Positions 61,709-64,000 of a DNA stretch of 64,000 nucleotides are shown here, one piece after another. Each line of letters begins with the position of its first letter. Positions within the stretch are counted from its first letter, which is position 1. Below the pieces are notes generated by a model. It worked only from the letters and a program-made list of their open reading frames with translations, had not been told where the DNA came from and searched no databases. The translations under genes and the position numbers were made by a program. Source of the DNA: Sphaerochaeta sp. Its GTDB lineage: Bacteria; Spirochaetota; Spirochaetia; Sphaerochaetales; Sphaerochaetaceae. The stretch spans positions 208,905-272,904 of the forward strand of contig JAKVPA010000003.1 of NCBI GenBank assembly GCA_022482495.1. Reading direction: 5' to 3'.

Positions 61709-63243
61709 GAGGAACCGTGATATTGAACAGTTTGTAGGCCTCGTTCGCCTTTCTCGTCGCCTCCATGGTGAGGATGTTGTTGTCGAACACCTTGCACTTC
61801 TGGTTCCTGAGTGCGATCAGGATTCCCTGCGGTGTCATGGCCGTTTTCCTCACCTTCTCCTGGATGTGCTTCACGATGACCGATGCCGCGAAGGAAAGCA
61901 GGAGATGCCCCCTGAAGGTCTCTTCCGACTGCACGCGCAGCGGGAGCATCTTCGTGTTGTTCTTGCAGAGGTCGAACACCTGCTCGATCTGCTGCCTCAT
62001 GTAGTAGATGGAAAGGATGTCCTCCTTCCTTATCGGCCTTGACGATATGAGCATGAAGATCCCCTGGCTCCCCATGCCGTCATGCACATCCTCGGGGGAG
62101 AGTTTCCTGCTTTTCGCCGATGCGAAGAGCTTTCCCGATTCCAGCGACTTCATCAGCATGTCCCTGCAGAGGTACACGTATGCGGCATGGGCGTCTTCCG
62201 ACGGACGCTCGTCCGGCCCCAGGATCCTGTCCTCCGCGTTGGGGTTCAGGACTTCCACCTTCACCCTCTTGACGTAGACGTAGCGGGAGTTGTATTCGAC
62301 GAGGTTCCCTTTCTCCTCCAGGTCATGGGACTCTCGTTCCGCCACCGTCTTGTATATCCTCCTGTTCTCCTTGAGCCTGGAGACGAACGACACCTTGCCG
62401 TCGTAAAGCTCCCTCATGTTCGTATCGGTGAGGTATCCGGCGTCCAGCGTCGCGAACTTTGTGTCTATGTTGTATGACTTCAGCTCCCTTATCGTCTTGG
62501 TGAGCGTGGAGACGTCGACCACGTTCCCGGGGACATAGCGGAAGAAGAGGGGGAGGTTCGTCCTTCTTCTGCACGACGTAGATGAGCCGCACCTCGTTGC
62601 TGATCTCCCCGTTGTGGTTGCTCACCGCGGTGAGGGGGAAATGGATGCTGTTGGGCAGCCCCGTGCTGTCGATGAGCACGTCCTCGCCATCCTTTCCTGC
62701 GTTCGCGACCAGCGGAAGATATTCCTTGAAGAATTCCCTGTACGACCATTCGTCGCCGATGGCGGAGAGGATGTCGCTTATCCTCTGGCTCTCGAGGTTG
62801 GCCTTCGGGAAAAGGATCCTCGCATAACTCCCGTCGTACCAGTCCTGGGCGTAACAGTTGGCGGACTGGCTGAGGATGTAGAACATGAGCATCGCACGGA
62901 CGGAGTCGTTGTTGCCGTAGTCCATGGCGTCGGTCGCCTTGTAGAGTCCGAAACCGTCGATGACCTTGTCGATGAGGTAGGCGTCCCCGAAATCGAGTAT
63001 CAGGCTCTCCCTGTGGTTCCGCCTCCTCACGCTCGGGATGTCGGCCGGGTCCGGCCTCCCGTATTCCCCCGTGGCCAGGTCATAGGTGAAGACGCCGCGC
63101 TCCCTGCTCTGGTAGATGTGCTTCTTCTCGTCGAGCACACGGCCCAGGCTCTTCTGTGTCGTCCTCACTTTTCCGCCAACCCGTTCGGAGACGCACAGCT
63201 TCGCATATCTGATCCCGCCCTTCACGTCATAGCCTATGTACAT
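61677..63243 (-). pseudogene. DDE transposase (IS4/IS1634-like) with one frame change. It marks an IS element inserted into the traX-like gene.
   Basis: Two overlapping ORFs (62323..63243 and 61677..62522) read as one transposase. The shift lies at a C-run (cctccccctcttc, about 62530-62560). GC content is host-like. Confidence 0.55.
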
Positions 63244-63412
63244 GGCGATCCTCCTGTAATTACATATTTAATATTCTAATTACATGATATGCTATATCCT
63301 TCCGGAGTGCAAGGGAAAAGGAGGGGGAAAGGGCAAATACCGACGAAAAAACCAACTCTGGCGGTTGTGTGCAAAGTTGGTCGTCTCTGTTTTGGTTGGT
63401 AGTTAGAATTTC

Positions 63413-63900
63413 TTACAGGGAATTATAGATTAGTGAGAGTTGTTCTTTCTGCTTCTTCTGGAGTACGTAGAAGATGATTGTAAACACCGGAGCAATAATG
63501 CTCCAGTCACAGATCAGTGATATCGGGAAGAACAGAGCTAAAGTGGCGAGCGCTGTCAGAAGTCCTTTTCTATCAAGTAAATAGATTATAGTTAAGCTTG
63601 CTAACAAAGTAAAAAGGACGTTCAATTGAAGTCCGAACAGCAGATAGAAAGAAATTTCTGATATCAAAGCCCAGAGGAGAAGTCTCTCGGCATACTTCAG
63701 GACTGATCTGGTATAGCGTAGCCCTTGGGTAATGAAGAAGCACATTATCACGATTGTGAAATTCCCGAAGAACTGACATATGTTGTAAATATCACTTCCT
63801 TCAGGAAGACTGTTGATGCATGATCTGCAGTCATTGTTATGATTGCAAGAATCTTCAGGAAGTCTCTTGCTTTGTTGTACTGTGGTTTATCAATACTCAT
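63413..63900 (-). pseudogene. N-terminal part of the TraX-family membrane-protein gene, with an internal frame change near 63760-63780
   Basis: The reverse strand from 63900 reads MSIDKPQYNKARDFLKILAIITMTADHASTVFLKEVIFTTY, which matches the TraX N-terminal LK..A..M..DH motif. It then shifts frame into the ORF 63413..63751 (FFITQGLRYTRSVLKYAERLLLWAL...). Confidence 0.45.
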
Positions 63901-64000
63901 ACGTAGTAATCACCATAGATGGCGACGCAGCTGTCCCAGTAGTCTTTGCCGAAGTATCTGATAATCCTTTTCTTGATATATCTGCTTCTGCTTCTTGTTC

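Noticed and set aside
41946-64000. attR-type direct repeat of the tRNA-Phe 3' end within the low-GC island
   Set aside because: Scanning by eye for ttcgattctggga or gggaggcggca-like strings between 43 kb and 64 kb found none. The island end probably lies outside the window, or the island is not a tRNA-integrating element.

Overview
The window has two contrasting parts. Positions 1-37.3 kb are high-GC (a hand count of 9001-9060 gives 37/60 G+C) and read as ordinary bacterial chromosome. The genes there include two EAL-domain c-di-GMP proteins, an NSS transporter, infA, an Smr-domain protein, a CBS/ACT protein, a complete livFGMHK branched-chain amino-acid ABC operon, mscL, an SDR oxidoreductase, a CDF transporter, tRNA-Arg(CCT), topA, ychF, hflX, an OPT transporter, rlmN, an MFS transporter, pepC, alaS, dprA, avtA and tRNA-Phe(GAA). 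Three genes in this part look damaged. A B12-binding radical-SAM gene has three frame changes, a CapD/WbpM-type polysaccharide dehydratase has three or more frame changes, and two tandem secreted Ser/Thr-rich ORFs may be one frameshifted gene. Downstream of tRNA-Phe the composition changes. First comes a COG1373 ATPase gene interrupted by an in-frame TAG, then a high-GC block (DmpA aminopeptidase, RHH protein, SPFH protein, hypothetical), then an IS1595-family element with perfect terminal inverted repeats. After that lies about 18 kb of low-GC DNA (26/60 G+C at 45001-45060), which is a defence island. It holds a translationally coupled nine-gene BREX type 1 operon: small HTH, brxA, brxB, brxC, pglX, an embedded COG2865-like AlbA_2/HATPase/wHTH gene, pglZ and brxL. 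Converging on it is a Gabija gajA-gajB pair. The island is followed by a TraX-like membrane-protein gene that is itself disrupted by a frameshifted DDE (IS4/IS1634-like) transposase. I think the most novel candidate is the uncharacterised Schlafen-like gene coupled inside the BREX operon. The high number of frame-disrupted genes across the window is either real gene decay or assembly error, and I cannot tell which from the sequence. I found no CRISPR array, rRNA or prophage structural genes.
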